From IMG/VR virus record IMGVR_UViG_3300042896_000052, positions 62 to 64,061 of that record: a stretch of 64,000 nt of DNA; one strand, 5' to 3'. This DNA is from a virus (Duplodnaviria > Caudoviricetes). Numbering within the stretch: the first letter of the stretch is position 1; each line of letters starts with the position of its first letter. A program made the translations under genes and the position numbers. The notes beneath the pieces were generated by a model that did not search any database, was not told the origin of the DNA, and worked only from the letters and a program-made list of their open reading frames with translations. Shown here in pieces: positions 8,917 to 18,073 of the stretch.

Positions 8917-9371
8917 TTACCGAGTCCATTAAGTAAGTCTGTTTTTTTCTGCGATGACTGGCTGGTGCCGTAGTAGTACCCGAGCACGAACGTGATGAAC
9001 GATACCGCCGCCATACGAACGTCCTGCGCCTGCGACCACCCGAGTAAGATACCGGAGCCAACGACTATAAGCGTAGCCAGCAAGTTCACGAAGTTCTTGG
9101 CGAACCAATCTGACTGCCCCAGCGCGATCTTCTGCATCCCACGAGCATCTGCCACATCAGCTTGGTTCAGCTTGGCATACTCGAAATCAAGTTCCCGGAG
9201 TCGCCTGCCTGCTTCCGGGTCGGCGGTCAGGGCTTGGGTAACCGCCGCAACTGTGTCTTCAACGCCGAACTTCTGAGCGATCATGGAGATAACTGCACCA
9301 CCTGCAGGGCCCACAGCAGCAGTAGCCAGCGCAGGAGCGAAGCCCTTGAGGAGATTGAGTAGTGTTTCCAT
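8913..9371 (-). CDS. Putative holin
   Basis: APALATA..GPAGG N-terminus, two C-terminal TM segments, GYYYGTS motif; coupled to the endolysin. Confidence 0.7.
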   Translation of the reverse strand: METLLNLLKGFAPALATAAVGPAGGAVISMIAQKFGVEDTVAAVTQALTADPEAGRRLRELDFEYAKLNQADVADARGMQKIALGQSDWFAKNFVNLLATLIVVGSGILLGWSQAQDVRMAAVSFITFVLGYYYGTSQSSQKKTDLLNGLGK

Positions 9372-9372
9372 A

Positions 9373-11445
9373 CTAGCTAAACAGTAAGAAGAACGCGGCG
9401 GTCGCTATAGCAACCGCCGTAAATAACCAGCCTGCGTTACCAGATACGTTAGTAGAGTCCACCCCTGCATACCAAGTTGCGCCCCCGGTGGCAATAGAGT
9501 TTGTCAAAGACAGATAACTCGCGCTAACTATGCCGGATGCTTTAGACAAAGTATGCGTAGCTGCCGTAACCGAACGAATGGTTAGTAATTTACCAGCGGT
9601 ACCACTTGCATTCCAGTTTGCAAAGGTGGATGTTGTCCCTGCCGTAAACAAAATAGACGTAGCACTTACAGCCCCGTAAGCGTTTGTGATATCGTTGAAC
9701 GTGTTTGATCCTGTAATAGTCAGCGCACCCGCGCCGCCTTGGTTTAAAGTTGGGTAGTTAGCAAACCCACCACCAGCAAAAGTTTTAGCACTTGCGCTGG
9801 TTAAACTGATAACCCCTGTACCAGTAATTGTCAAGTTTGTTGATGTTGTGGCAGTCCATGCCGCACTTGCACCAGTTAGTATAATACTTCCAGTCCCAAA
9901 CGCAATCTGTCGTATGTTTACGTTATTCGTATTAAGCAGTGCGCAGGTAAGTGTGTAATTACCAGCACCGCCGTTAGTCAAATCTAATGTGCCATACGCA
10001 TGACTCACCGCCCCCACAATTAAAGCCCCATTAATTGCGACAGTTCCCCCAATTGCAAAAATCTGGAGCGTTCCCGGGGTAGTAACTCCGGCGCTAGTAA
10101 TAGTTTGTGTAGTATTCCTTCCAAAAAATTTCCACGCGGTTGCTGCACCCGTTATTGTTAATCCAGCCCCAGATAACCAATTACCCGAAATTAAAAGATC
10201 AGCCGCAAGTGTTAAGGTCATTGCACCAGTTCGCGCAGACGCATTAAACGTACCAATATTCCACGCAAGGTCAACGCGTATTGCACCTGTTACAGACCCC
10301 GCGTTGTTAAATACAGCAATGTCCTGCGCTAGTGGGAAATTACTTATTGACGGAGTGCCTCCTGAAGATGCGGCCCATCCTGTTGCAGACCAGTTTTGGT
10401 TACCTGCAAGATTCCAATACACCGTTTTAGGAGCAGTAAACGTAATGCCTGAATTGCCACCAGCGTCCCCTAAACTAATCTCTGATAAAGGGGCCGCACC
10501 CCCTGAAACTGTAACGTCTTGATAGTCTGCGTAGGGAGAAGATAGTGATGCACAAGTTAATGTACGAGTTATTCCAATTGTATTCGATAAGAAAAATAGC
10601 CTTTGATTATAAGTACCGCCATTTGCGGTAAAAGTACCCGTCACGGTTTGAGAAGCCGTTAACAGAACCCTCATAATAGATATAAACACCGGCCTAATAA
10701 TGCTTAAATTATTAAAAGTATTTTCGCCATTCATTACTACTTGATTAGTCGCACTAAAGCTAACATTGTTATATATTAAGCCCCCACCATCAAACTGAAC
10801 ATTACTAATTCCACCCCAACTAATCGTAGATGTACCCGCATTAAATGTTAACCCTATAACGTCGGTAAAACCCCACGAGTTTGCTGTTGTTATATTAACT
10901 GTTGAACTGCCCAATATAACTGACCTAGTTAATGTTCCAAAAGATTTTAAACCTCCGGTTATATTAAAATTACCGGTATTAAAAGTACCAGTACTTATAG
11001 ACGCATAATTGCTATTGCTAAGAGTAAGTGCACTACCGAGTGTCCACTCACCGCCCACGCCGTTAAGATGAAACCCACCGGGTATAGAAACGCCATTTGT
11101 TGTAATGATGTTCCCGGTGCTTATTGAAGCAAACGTAATATTGCCAGTGTAGGTCCATGTAACACCAGTAGCCGCGAGTGTAAAACTACCGTATACCGAC
11201 CAAGATCCCAAGTCGGATATTGTTACGTTGCCCGCTGCCGGGCCCGCCACTGTTACTGAGCTACAAACTGCGCCATTGACCATTGTCACCGTGTAACCCG
11301 TTGCATTTGATAATGTATTAAATGTTACGGTATCAGCAGAAGTTGGTACTGACGCCCCGCCAGAACCGCCAGATATTGCAGACCAATTTGTTGTTGTGGT
11401 TGTGTTCCAAGTACCCGTACCTCCGACCCAATAACGATCTGCCAT
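9373..11445 (-). CDS. Tail spike / receptor-binding protein (beta-helix-like)
   Basis: 690 aa, Thr/Gly/Asn-rich; two copies of a YW-G--W-----W-SSGG---P---D---FN module; visibly AT-richer codons. Confidence 0.7.
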   Translation of the reverse strand: MADRYWVGGTGTWNTTTTTNWSAISGGSGGASVPTSADTVTFNTLSNATGYTVTMVNGAVCSSVTVAGPAAGNVTISDLGSWSVYGSFTLAATGVTWTYTGNITFASISTGNIITTNGVSIPGGFHLNGVGGEWTLGSALTLSNSNYASISTGTFNTGNFNITGGLKSFGTLTRSVILGSSTVNITTANSWGFTDVIGLTFNAGTSTISWGGISNVQFDGGGLIYNNVSFSATNQVVMNGENTFNNLSIIRPVFISIMRVLLTASQTVTGTFTANGGTYNQRLFFLSNTIGITRTLTCASLSSPYADYQDVTVSGGAAPLSEISLGDAGGNSGITFTAPKTVYWNLAGNQNWSATGWAASSGGTPSISNFPLAQDIAVFNNAGSVTGAIRVDLAWNIGTFNASARTGAMTLTLAADLLISGNWLSGAGLTITGAATAWKFFGRNTTQTITSAGVTTPGTLQIFAIGGTVAINGALIVGAVSHAYGTLDLTNGGAGNYTLTCALLNTNNVNIRQIAFGTGSIILTGASAAWTATTSTNLTITGTGVISLTSASAKTFAGGGFANYPTLNQGGAGALTITGSNTFNDITNAYGAVSATSILFTAGTTSTFANWNASGTAGKLLTIRSVTAATHTLSKASGIVSASYLSLTNSIATGGATWYAGVDSTNVSGNAGWLFTAVAIATAAFFLLFS

Positions 11446-11658
11446 TTAGACCACCCTTGCGTACTGAACGCCGTCGATCTCAATAAAGTCTACTGGAGCC
11501 GCTTCGACCGGAGGAGCAGTTACTACGGCAATCCAGCCATCAACCCGTGCATCTTTCATCAACTGAAGCTCGGCATCAGTAAAAGTATGGTCGTCTGGCA
11601 GGTGCAGAGCATCACGAAACAGGCCGTGAGGTGTATTAAATTCAAAGTCGATTTTCAT
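11446..11658 (-). CDS. Small tail-fibre associated protein
   Basis: 70-aa acidic ORF between two fibre genes. Confidence 0.55.
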   Translation of the reverse strand: MKIDFEFNTPHGLFRDALHLPDDHTFTDAELQLMKDARVDGWIAVVTAPPVEAAPVDFIEIDGVQYARVV

Positions 11659-11667
11659 ATCGGTTCC

Positions 11668-12522
11668 CTATGCTTCTTGTGCTACCGCGACTGCATCCCA
11701 ACGGGTATCAGCCAAATTATAAATACATCCAATGTACATAGTCTTACTGACGACCGTAGTAGTTGGCAACGTAGCGCCCATAGCCCTAAATGACTTTGCT
11801 GTGCCGGTAGTCCAAGTCAATGCTCGCGCAGTGCCGTTATCTTGAAACCTAAAAACAGTCTTTTGGCCATCCGTGGGGGTACCCGCGTCCGCACTAATCG
11901 TGAGCGCGTTAGCGAGTGCGGTGAACTCTTGAGTGTCGTAGCTGTCGCTATTCCAAGCCCAAGGAGAGGCTATAGATGCCGCACTATTTACCCGCTGCGT
12001 AATGCGTTTATTTGTCAGCGTTTCAGCGCCAGCATAGGTCGTAATGGCGGCTGCTGCTAAGGATGCTGCACCCGTGCCGCCAGAAGTTACGGGGAGGGCA
12101 CTACCAAGCGTTAACGAGGACAAGCGGGTGATAGCGTCTACAACATTTGTTCCATCACAGTACAGAGCCGTGACCGCGCCAGAATTGGGAATGGTGATCC
12201 CTGTACCCGCAAGTGTCTTGAATGTCTGCGTGAAGGCTGTGTTGTTCTGGACGAAGTACAGTTTAGATTTGGCAGGGCAGATGACGTTACGCGCAGCACC
12301 GGGCGTGCCACCAAGAGTAATGAACATACTCCGCGCTTCGTCAGTTGCACCGCTGTTGCTGGTCAACGTGTAATCGGCTGCGATCATTGTTATAGCTGCA
12401 GTACCAGCAATGGAGGTATCAACGAGGGTCGTGATACCGTTGTTTACTGTATCCCCCCATGTTCCATCGTCCGTACCAGTTACGGGTAGCGTGAATCGCA
12501 GACTGTTGGTATATGAAGCCAT
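11668..12522 (-). CDS. Tail fibre protein
   Basis: N-terminal GTWGDTVN anchor; LPVTSGGTGA and AETLTNK fibre motifs; C-terminal RWDAVAV. Confidence 0.75.
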   Translation of the reverse strand: MASYTNSLRFTLPVTGTDDGTWGDTVNNGITTLVDTSIAGTAAITMIAADYTLTSNSGATDEARSMFITLGGTPGAARNVICPAKSKLYFVQNNTAFTQTFKTLAGTGITIPNSGAVTALYCDGTNVVDAITRLSSLTLGSALPVTSGGTGAASLAAAAITTYAGAETLTNKRITQRVNSAASIASPWAWNSDSYDTQEFTALANALTISADAGTPTDGQKTVFRFQDNGTARALTWTTGTAKSFRAMGATLPTTTVVSKTMYIGCIYNLADTRWDAVAVAQEA

Positions 12523-12531
12523 CGAAATTCC

Positions 12532-13224
12532 TTATGTGGCAATAGTCTGCCAGTTTGACGCCGCAGCGGTGTTTACATTTTGCCAGTTTGTGGGCTGACT
12601 GTCATTAATTACTTCCCAGCGTAGCCTGATTGTTTCTGCATCTACTATGACCAGTGACTCCACACGAGTTTCGTGGTAGTCCGTTAGAGCTCCAAGGCTT
12701 ACGGCTAGGGTGGCGTTCTCAATAAGGGACTGAACAAACGTAGCGGCTACTTCGTCGAGCGCAGTTATTGCAAGGGTTTCATCTACTTGAAGTCCGGTAT
12801 ACCCAGTAACTGCCGTTTCGTCAGTCGTCGCTGCAGTGGTTTCATCAACTGTTCTGGCAAAGGTAGCGGCTACGCTCTCGGAGTCAGCAGGTGCCACGGT
12901 TTCATCAACTGTTCTGGCAAAGGTAGCGGCTACGCTCTCGGAGTCAGCAGTCGCCACAGTTTCGTCAACTACTTTTGCAAAGGTGGCCACTACAGTCATA
13001 CCCGCATCAATCGCGGTAGTCTCAGCAAGCGCTAGGTTGAAATTAGCCGTGCCGTTACATACTGAAAACAGGACTGCATCTTCTAGTACCGCTACTTCAC
13101 CGTAAGCGGTCGCTGCAACCTCGATGGAGGAGACGAGGTTGGTATCGGAAACAGTAACTCCGTAGGTGGCAATGCCGCCCCACTTGTCAGTGCCCCATGT
13201 ACCAACCCCCCATCCTTGTGCCAT
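12532..13224 (-). CDS. Acidic virion structural protein with 20-aa repeats
   Basis: GWGVGTWG start; repeats of ATFARTVDETVAPADSESVA. Confidence 0.7.
   Translation of the reverse strand: MAQGWGVGTWGTDKWGGIATYGVTVSDTNLVSSIEVAATAYGEVAVLEDAVLFSVCNGTANFNLALAETTAIDAGMTVVATFAKVVDETVATADSESVAATFARTVDETVAPADSESVAATFARTVDETTAATTDETAVTGYTGLQVDETLAITALDEVAATFVQSLIENATLAVSLGALTDYHETRVESLVIVDAETIRLRWEVINDSQPTNWQNVNTAAASNWQTIAT
12835..12990. repeat. 60-bp coding tandem repeat, about 2.5 copies
   Basis: Lines 12841 and 12901 are nearly identical; a third, degenerate copy starts at 12961. Confidence 0.9.
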
Positions 13225-13225
13225 A

Positions 13226-13789
13226 TTAGGTCAATGTAGCTGTGTAAGTCACTGCGATGGTGTCACCGCTAACCACGGCCTTAGAACTAGAGAAGTCCCC
13301 GGCAGAGAACAACACGCCTGCGGTGTCGTCTTTAGTGGCGGACCCACCGATGTTGATGAAGCATCCGGCCACAGTTCCAGTGCTGGTAATAGCGAAACTT
13401 ACGGCTGATGAAGTTGACTTAATGCCAGAAGCTGCGGCGCTGAACGACGGTGTGGGGCGATTGCCTGTGTAGGTTGGGGCGTTAGCCAGCCCAACTTCTA
13501 GCCATGAGCCGTGAGAAGCCTGTGTGTCCGTAATAATCGCAGTTCCCGTACCCTTGAGGCCCATGACAACCGCCCCGGCAGCCGAGTTGCCGAGGATAGA
13601 GTCCAGCGTAGCATCGCGGCCCACGGTGGTCACGATATTCTTGATGCCGGCATCCCACTTTACATTGCCTTGGGCATCGTAACAAACAGCGTGATACACG
13701 CCATTGATGCTCAGGGAGTCTGCAGGGGCCGTGTTGTATTTGCACGACGCTTCTGTAGCGTCTGCCGCAGTAATTTTGTCAATAGTCAT
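13226..13789 (-). CDS. Virion/tail structural protein
   Basis: KNIVTTVG and GVLFSAGDF...VVSGDTIAVTY pattern common in phage tail proteins. Confidence 0.7.
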   Translation of the reverse strand: MTIDKITAADATEASCKYNTAPADSLSINGVYHAVCYDAQGNVKWDAGIKNIVTTVGRDATLDSILGNSAAGAVVMGLKGTGTAIITDTQASHGSWLEVGLANAPTYTGNRPTPSFSAAASGIKSTSSAVSFAITSTGTVAGCFINIGGSATKDDTAGVLFSAGDFSSSKAVVSGDTIAVTYTATLT

Positions 13790-13798
13790 AAGAGCTCC

Positions 13799-14212
13799 TT
13801 ACGGTAAACGAATAAGTGCAGATGTAGCGGTATTGGCTGGCATTGCAACAGTGAAGATAGTTGAAGCCGTTTTATCGGTCCCGAAGTTTAAAACCGCAAC
13901 CGCCTTGTTACCTTTGCTGGCATTATAAATGAGCGCTCCACGCGCCGTAAAGCCCGCCGGGTCCCATACTACATTTGCAAAGTCCACGTAGGCCGTGCTG
14001 CCGGAGACGTTAACCGTAACCCCAGTAAGCGTTTGCCCGGTGGCGGTGTACCCCGTGCCGTCAGTCTCTCCCGAATCTGTGTACTCGGTGGTAGCGGCAG
14101 TTAAGTCAGCACTGGCTACATACAGTGCCATATTGAACGTATCTGTAGAAAAGTCGTGTACCCCCAGCAGTAGCTGCTGTTTGAACGATGTGGTTAGGGT
14201 CTGGGTAATCAT
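13799..14212 (-). CDS. Virion/tail structural protein
   Basis: SFKQQLLLGVHDF, GYTATG, FTARGALIYN, AVLNFG. Confidence 0.7.
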   Translation of the reverse strand: MITQTLTTSFKQQLLLGVHDFSTDTFNMALYVASADLTAATTEYTDSGETDGTGYTATGQTLTGVTVNVSGSTAYVDFANVVWDPAGFTARGALIYNASKGNKAVAVLNFGTDKTASTIFTVAMPANTATSALIRLP

Positions 14213-14880
14213 TGTACAGCCGTTCTAACTTGCCCATCGCGGTACGCATCCATGCGTTGTTTACCGTCACCCAAGTTCTTGAGGAGCGCAATCGACTGCA
14301 GATACATGTCCTGATATAGCTTAACCATATCGGGCTCACCTTTCAGGAACCGAATCGCCTCAACCATTGTGCCGTTCAGGAGCGCAGAGTCGAAGTTATC
14401 ACCCAACCATGTCTCGCCCGCAGTGACGATCGACTCTGGGTAGTAGTAATAATGCAGCTCAACCACGTAGTCGAGATTTGGCGTCGGACCTAAAATAAAC
14501 GACAACTCGTTGGTCACTGTAGGCGGTAGTGTGTTGGTCGTAGTCGGGCCAAAGATAGCGTAATACTTCGGAAGTCCAGTATCCGTCGGGGATGGGTAGG
14601 CTTCACGTATAAAGTTTACGTCCTTGTTAAGCAGATACGAGTACTCTCCGGTAGCGGGGTTAACGACTGCAATGGAGTACGGGGAGAGAAAATCCCCCGG
14701 GCAGGACAGGTACTTCATATTGCTGGAAACCTGCCCTGTGGTGTTCTTCCGGAGGTTGGCAATCTGCACCGTGTTGTAGATGCGCTGCTCTGCCTGCTTC
14801 GTAAAGGTAGCAAAATCTACATCCGTAAACGAGTTTTCGCAGTAGTCGCTTACCGCAACGCGCAACTCCGCGTAGTTCAT
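14209..14880 (-). CDS. Head-tail adaptor / tail tubular protein A-like
   Basis: MNYAEL...AEQRI, GLPKYYA, GPTP, ELHYYY, TWLGDN pattern. Confidence 0.7.
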   Translation of the reverse strand: MNYAELRVAVSDYCENSFTDVDFATFTKQAEQRIYNTVQIANLRKNTTGQVSSNMKYLSCPGDFLSPYSIAVVNPATGEYSYLLNKDVNFIREAYPSPTDTGLPKYYAIFGPTTTNTLPPTVTNELSFILGPTPNLDYVVELHYYYYPESIVTAGETWLGDNFDSALLNGTMVEAIRFLKGEPDMVKLYQDMYLQSIALLKNLGDGKQRMDAYRDGQVRTAVQ

Positions 14881-15143
14881 GCCATTGGACCTCTAGCCAT
14901 CAAACCTTTGGTAGCGCAACCGGTGCCGCGAACTTTAATGCCCGAGGTTTTAGTTGGCTCGTTGCCGGCCGACTTGCTGATTGCCCCTACGCTTACATCG
15001 TAAGTGTCCAGTTTGCTGCGGTTAGCGCCCTTACCGGGGTTTGATTCCACAGTAACTGCCTTACCTGCCATCGTATGTGGCTTGGCGTACAGACTCGCAG
15101 GTCCGACTTCCTTGCCCATCTTTTTCATACTTTGTGTTGCCAT
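14877..15143 (-). CDS. Small basic Lys/Gly-rich virion protein
   Basis: C-terminal GIKVRGTGCATKG...GPMA; coupled to neighbours. Confidence 0.65.
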   Translation of the reverse strand: MATQSMKKMGKEVGPASLYAKPHTMAGKAVTVESNPGKGANRSKLDTYDVSVGAISKSAGNEPTKTSGIKVRGTGCATKGLMARGPMA

Positions 15144-15145
15144 GA

Positions 15146-15334
15146 TTAGCCTCGTTTCTGATTGGCTAGCTTAGCCAAATTGCGACCCAACTTCAACATC
15201 TCTGCATCAGTTTTGCCACCCTTGCTGCCTTTGCCACCGTGCTGGATAGCCTGATTTGGACCATCGCTGGCTAAAACTTTACCGTCCGTCTTGCCTTTTT
15301 GTGCAATTCCGTCTGCTGATCGTGTGTATGCCAT
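15146..15334 (-). CDS. Small basic protein
   Basis: GGAG RBS; ADGIAQKGKT motif shared with neighbours. Confidence 0.65.
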   Translation of the reverse strand: MAYTRSADGIAQKGKTDGKVLASDGPNQAIQHGGKGSKGGKTDAEMLKLGRNLAKLANQKRG

Positions 15335-15344
15335 GATTGGCTCC

Positions 15345-15731
15345 TTAGATAATAACTGTTACTGTACCAAGTTCCGCCAATGAAACCAAGTAGTTTGGCG
15401 TCAAAACGGCATCAAATTGGCTAGCCCCACCTACCGGGTTCCAGCCCCACTGAATTTCTCGACTACCTAGACCCAGCGTACCGGTTGTTGTAGCCCCAGA
15501 TTGAATGTACGTCATATCCCTACGGGGCTCACGCACGGCCTGCGGGTCTTCAACTGGCCACATACCCAATTGTAGTTGGGGTTGGTCTGGGTCCCAACAC
15601 TGCGGGCACACCAGCAGGTTGTACACCTTGGTCTTCTTGACTTCCTTCTTTAGCTGCGTCAGCTTAAAGCGCTGCCCGCATCGGTCGCATTCTGCAATCG
15701 AGTTCTTACCAGAAGCAAACCTATTACCCAT
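15345..15731 (-). CDS. Zn-ribbon-containing virion-associated protein
   Basis: CDRC...CPQC followed by DPDQPQLQLG. Confidence 0.7.
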   Translation of the reverse strand: MGNRFASGKNSIAECDRCGQRFKLTQLKKEVKKTKVYNLLVCPQCWDPDQPQLQLGMWPVEDPQAVREPRRDMTYIQSGATTTGTLGLGSREIQWGWNPVGGASQFDAVLTPNYLVSLAELGTVTVII

Positions 15732-15734
15732 GTG

Positions 15735-16439
15735 TTACCCGATGAAAGATTGGCGCGGCACAAAGCGAACAGCGGCCTTTTCACGATCTTCGCCCGCAGC
15801 TAAGTCAAACTGCTCCATGTACGCCTCTTTAAGCATGGGAACACGCGGCATAAGCTCAGGAACCTTCATTGCAATGTAGTACGCCAGCCCGGCAGTGAGC
15901 GCTGGCAAGAAGCGGAAATTCACGTCTGCAGTCTGAGAACCGGAGCCGGCATCGTCAATACGGCGCAAGCGCCAGTAGCGCAAGATGTAATACGGACTAC
16001 CTACCGTACCCTGATCTGGCACGGGCCATACAGTTACCTTGGGGGCATCGCGCAAGCGCTCAATCCAAATCTGGATCGGCCGGGCTTGGGAAAGCTTGTT
16101 GGGGATAGTCGCGTACGTAGAAACACTGATACGCGTAATGGTCAAATCCGCTTGGGTAGATGCGCTACCCGCCCCTGTGCGAATCACCTGCTCCAAAAGG
16201 TCAATGGTATCGGCGGGAAGCTCATACGAGGCTACGCCCTGTACGAGGTTGATGTAACCTTCTTCCATCGTCCACATGTTGATGCCGCGATTCTGCCACT
16301 CGATAGTCATCAAGTTCATAGACCGACGGGCTGTACGCAGGTCATAGCCAGAACGCATTTCGCGGCCGGCACGCTCCCATGCTTCCTCCGCGATCTCAGC
16401 GAAATCGAGGTTAAAATCCGTTGTGCCAGAGACTGCCAT
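15735..16439 (-). CDS. Head completion / connector protein
   Basis: IAEEAWERAG...ARRSMNLM..EWQNRG..W; structural context. Confidence 0.7.
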   Translation of the reverse strand: MAVSGTTDFNLDFAEIAEEAWERAGREMRSGYDLRTARRSMNLMTIEWQNRGINMWTMEEGYINLVQGVASYELPADTIDLLEQVIRTGAGSASTQADLTITRISVSTYATIPNKLSQARPIQIWIERLRDAPKVTVWPVPDQGTVGSPYYILRYWRLRRIDDAGSGSQTADVNFRFLPALTAGLAYYIAMKVPELMPRVPMLKEAYMEQFDLAAGEDREKAAVRFVPRQSFIG

Positions 16440-16441
16440 GA

Positions 16442-16609
16442 TTAGTCCTTACAAGCGCAAGGCTTGGCTTTTTTAACTTTGCTTACTGCGCTAACCTTAC
16501 CACCTTCCGCGTATTCAGTCACGGAATTGGGATTGTCCTTGCGGGTAATCTTCTTACCTTTGGGCATCTTAGCGGGAGCTATTGCCCCCATTCCGCGACT
16601 GGGCCTCAT
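16442..16609 (-). CDS. Small basic protein with YAEGG motif
   Basis: Likely start ATG 16609 (MRPSRGMG) overlapping the upstream TGA. Confidence 0.6.
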   Translation of the reverse strand: MRPSRGMGAIAPAKMPKGKKITRKDNPNSVTEYAEGGKVSAVSKVKKAKPCACKD

Positions 16610-16818
16610 ACCATTTTTCCACGGGTCTTGCCGCGCTGAGCACAACCGTCAATCTTGCCGCCTTTGGCAAACTTCTTCGTGGGTTCATCCACGGGCACGT
16701 CGCCGGGATAGACTACTGGCTTACTTTTAGCCGGGGCTTTAGCCTTAGCTTTTGGGGCCGATGCGGGAGATGTTGGCTCATCCACTGGGGTTGAGTCTGG
16801 GTATGGGTATTTAGCCAT
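16606..16818 (-). CDS. Small Pro/Lys-rich protein with FAKGG motif
   Basis: Likely start ATG 16818 (TAATG overlap); YP--PVDEPT occurs twice. Confidence 0.6.
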   Translation of the reverse strand: MAKYPYPDSTPVDEPTSPASAPKAKAKAPAKSKPVVYPGDVPVDEPTKKFAKGGKIDGCAQRGKTRGKMV

Positions 16819-17177
16819 TAGCACTTCCCACCTTTCTGCATGGTAACCTGTTTGCCTTTGGTCTTACCCTTGGACTCGATACCGCCACCTTTGGCCATAC
16901 CACCGGCTTTGAGGCCGGCATGTGCTTTGGAAGCAGGTTTAGCTGCGTGCTTGGCCAGAGCGTCAGGCTTAGCGCCTTTCTTCTTTGCCATCATCGCCAT
17001 AAAACCGGGGTTTGTTTTCGTCGCCATCGTATCACCACCTTTTTCAAATTTGCGGCCCTTGTCGGCCTTGTTAAAGTCTTTGCCCACGGACTGTGGGACG
17101 CCTGCTTTCTTGGCAAACGCCGGGCTGTGCGCCACTGCCGCCATGAAATTCCGTTGAGCTTTTGAGGAACTCGGCAT
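16818..17177 (-). CDS. Basic Lys/Gly-rich protein with several xxxGG motifs
   Basis: MPSSSKAQRNFMAAVAH start; FEKGG, LKAGG, MAKGG, MQKGG. Confidence 0.7.
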   Translation of the reverse strand: MPSSSKAQRNFMAAVAHSPAFAKKAGVPQSVGKDFNKADKGRKFEKGGDTMATKTNPGFMAMMAKKKGAKPDALAKHAAKPASKAHAGLKAGGMAKGGGIESKGKTKGKQVTMQKGGKC

Positions 17178-17443
17178 TACTTAGTCCACCAATGTATGAG
17201 TTGCATTGCCCCAGCGCCAACGGTGCCCGCAGCACCACCAATAATCATCAACACTCTCCAGCCCCCTTTGGCTTCGGATAGGGTGACGTTAATATCTGTG
17301 AGCGTTTTCTGCATAGTCTGCATAGTCTCCAACATCTTGTCCATGTCCTCTTGGATATGGCGGATATCAGAAGCGTGCGTGGCTATCTCTCGAACCATAT
17401 CAAGCTCAGCGCGTCGGTCGTTTCCATTGCGGTCGTCAGCCAT
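17177..17443 (-). CDS. Coiled-coil protein with C-terminal TM helix (holin/XhlA-like)
   Basis: Heptad pattern followed by KGGWRVLMIIGGAAG. Confidence 0.6.
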   Translation of the reverse strand: MADDRNGNDRRAELDMVREIATHASDIRHIQEDMDKMLETMQTMQKTLTDINVTLSEAKGGWRVLMIIGGAAGTVGAGAMQLIHWWTK

Positions 17444-17444
17444 T

Positions 17445-17699
17445 TCAGCACTTCCATCTAGCTAGTGACGCAGCTTTGCGTGTTGGTTTACCTTTTTCGT
17501 CCTTCATCGGGCCGGGCATACCGGACATACGAGCGCAGAACGAATCTTTACGAGCGCCACCTTGGGGCTGAGGAGCCTTTAGTTTGCTACCCGTGGCTGC
17601 ATTGTATTTGGCACGGCCTTTGGCGGTCAAACCCGCCCCTTTGGAGACAGGTAACTTCTCGCCACGCCCGACTGCAAGGGAGGGGGTTTTCTTAGCCAT
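17445..17699 (-). CDS. Basic phage protein (RKxSFCARM family, DUF6321-like)
   Basis: GLTAKGR...LKAP...RKDSFCARM...RWKC. Confidence 0.7.
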   Translation of the reverse strand: MAKKTPSLAVGRGEKLPVSKGAGLTAKGRAKYNAATGSKLKAPQPQGGARKDSFCARMSGMPGPMKDEKGKPTRKAASLARWKC

Positions 17700-17973
17700 G
17701 AAATACGTTCACCGTGGTTGCGGCAGAGGTGGTGACGTAGATTCCGTTTGTAGCTAAAACGCCCTCGCCGGGAATAGTTATAGAAATCGTACCAATAACA
17801 GCCAATGCCGTGAAATTAAATAGCCCCGCACCGCCTGCGCCATCTGTAACTACAACAGTTCCGCCAGAAGGATAGCTAATAACAAGCCCTTTTAACCGTG
17901 TCCGACCTGCAAACACAGTTGTAGTTGCACCAGCGGGGCAATAGCCTGACTTTACGTCTGTTTGCATACCCAT
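17692..17973 (-). CDS. Small beta-rich virion protein
   Basis: Likely start ATG 17973 (MGMQTDVKS) after AAGGGGA RBS; IPGEGVL..NGIYV. The longer tracked start (18138) overlaps another gene. Confidence 0.7.
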   Translation of the reverse strand: MGMQTDVKSGYCPAGATTTVFAGRTRLKGLVISYPSGGTVVVTDGAGGAGLFNFTALAVIGTISITIPGEGVLATNGIYVTTSAATTVNVFHG

Positions 17974-17975
17974 AA

Positions 17976-18071
17976 TCAATCCCCTTGAAAATAGGGGCCG
18001 AAGCCCCCTTTGGAGACAGGTAGCTTTTCGCCACGTCCAACGGCAAGAGAGGGGGTTTTCTTGGTTGCCAT
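17976..18071 (-). pseudogene. Truncated duplicate of the 5' end of the 17445..17699 gene
   Basis: Translates MATKKTPSLAVGRGEKLPVSKG then runs into a hairpin and stops after 31 aa. Confidence 0.8.
17993..18006 (-). terminator. GC hairpin with UUCG loop (duplicate of 19253-19266)
   Basis: Minus strand GGGGC-TTCG-GCCCC-TATTTT. Confidence 0.55.
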
Positions 18072-18073
18072 GA

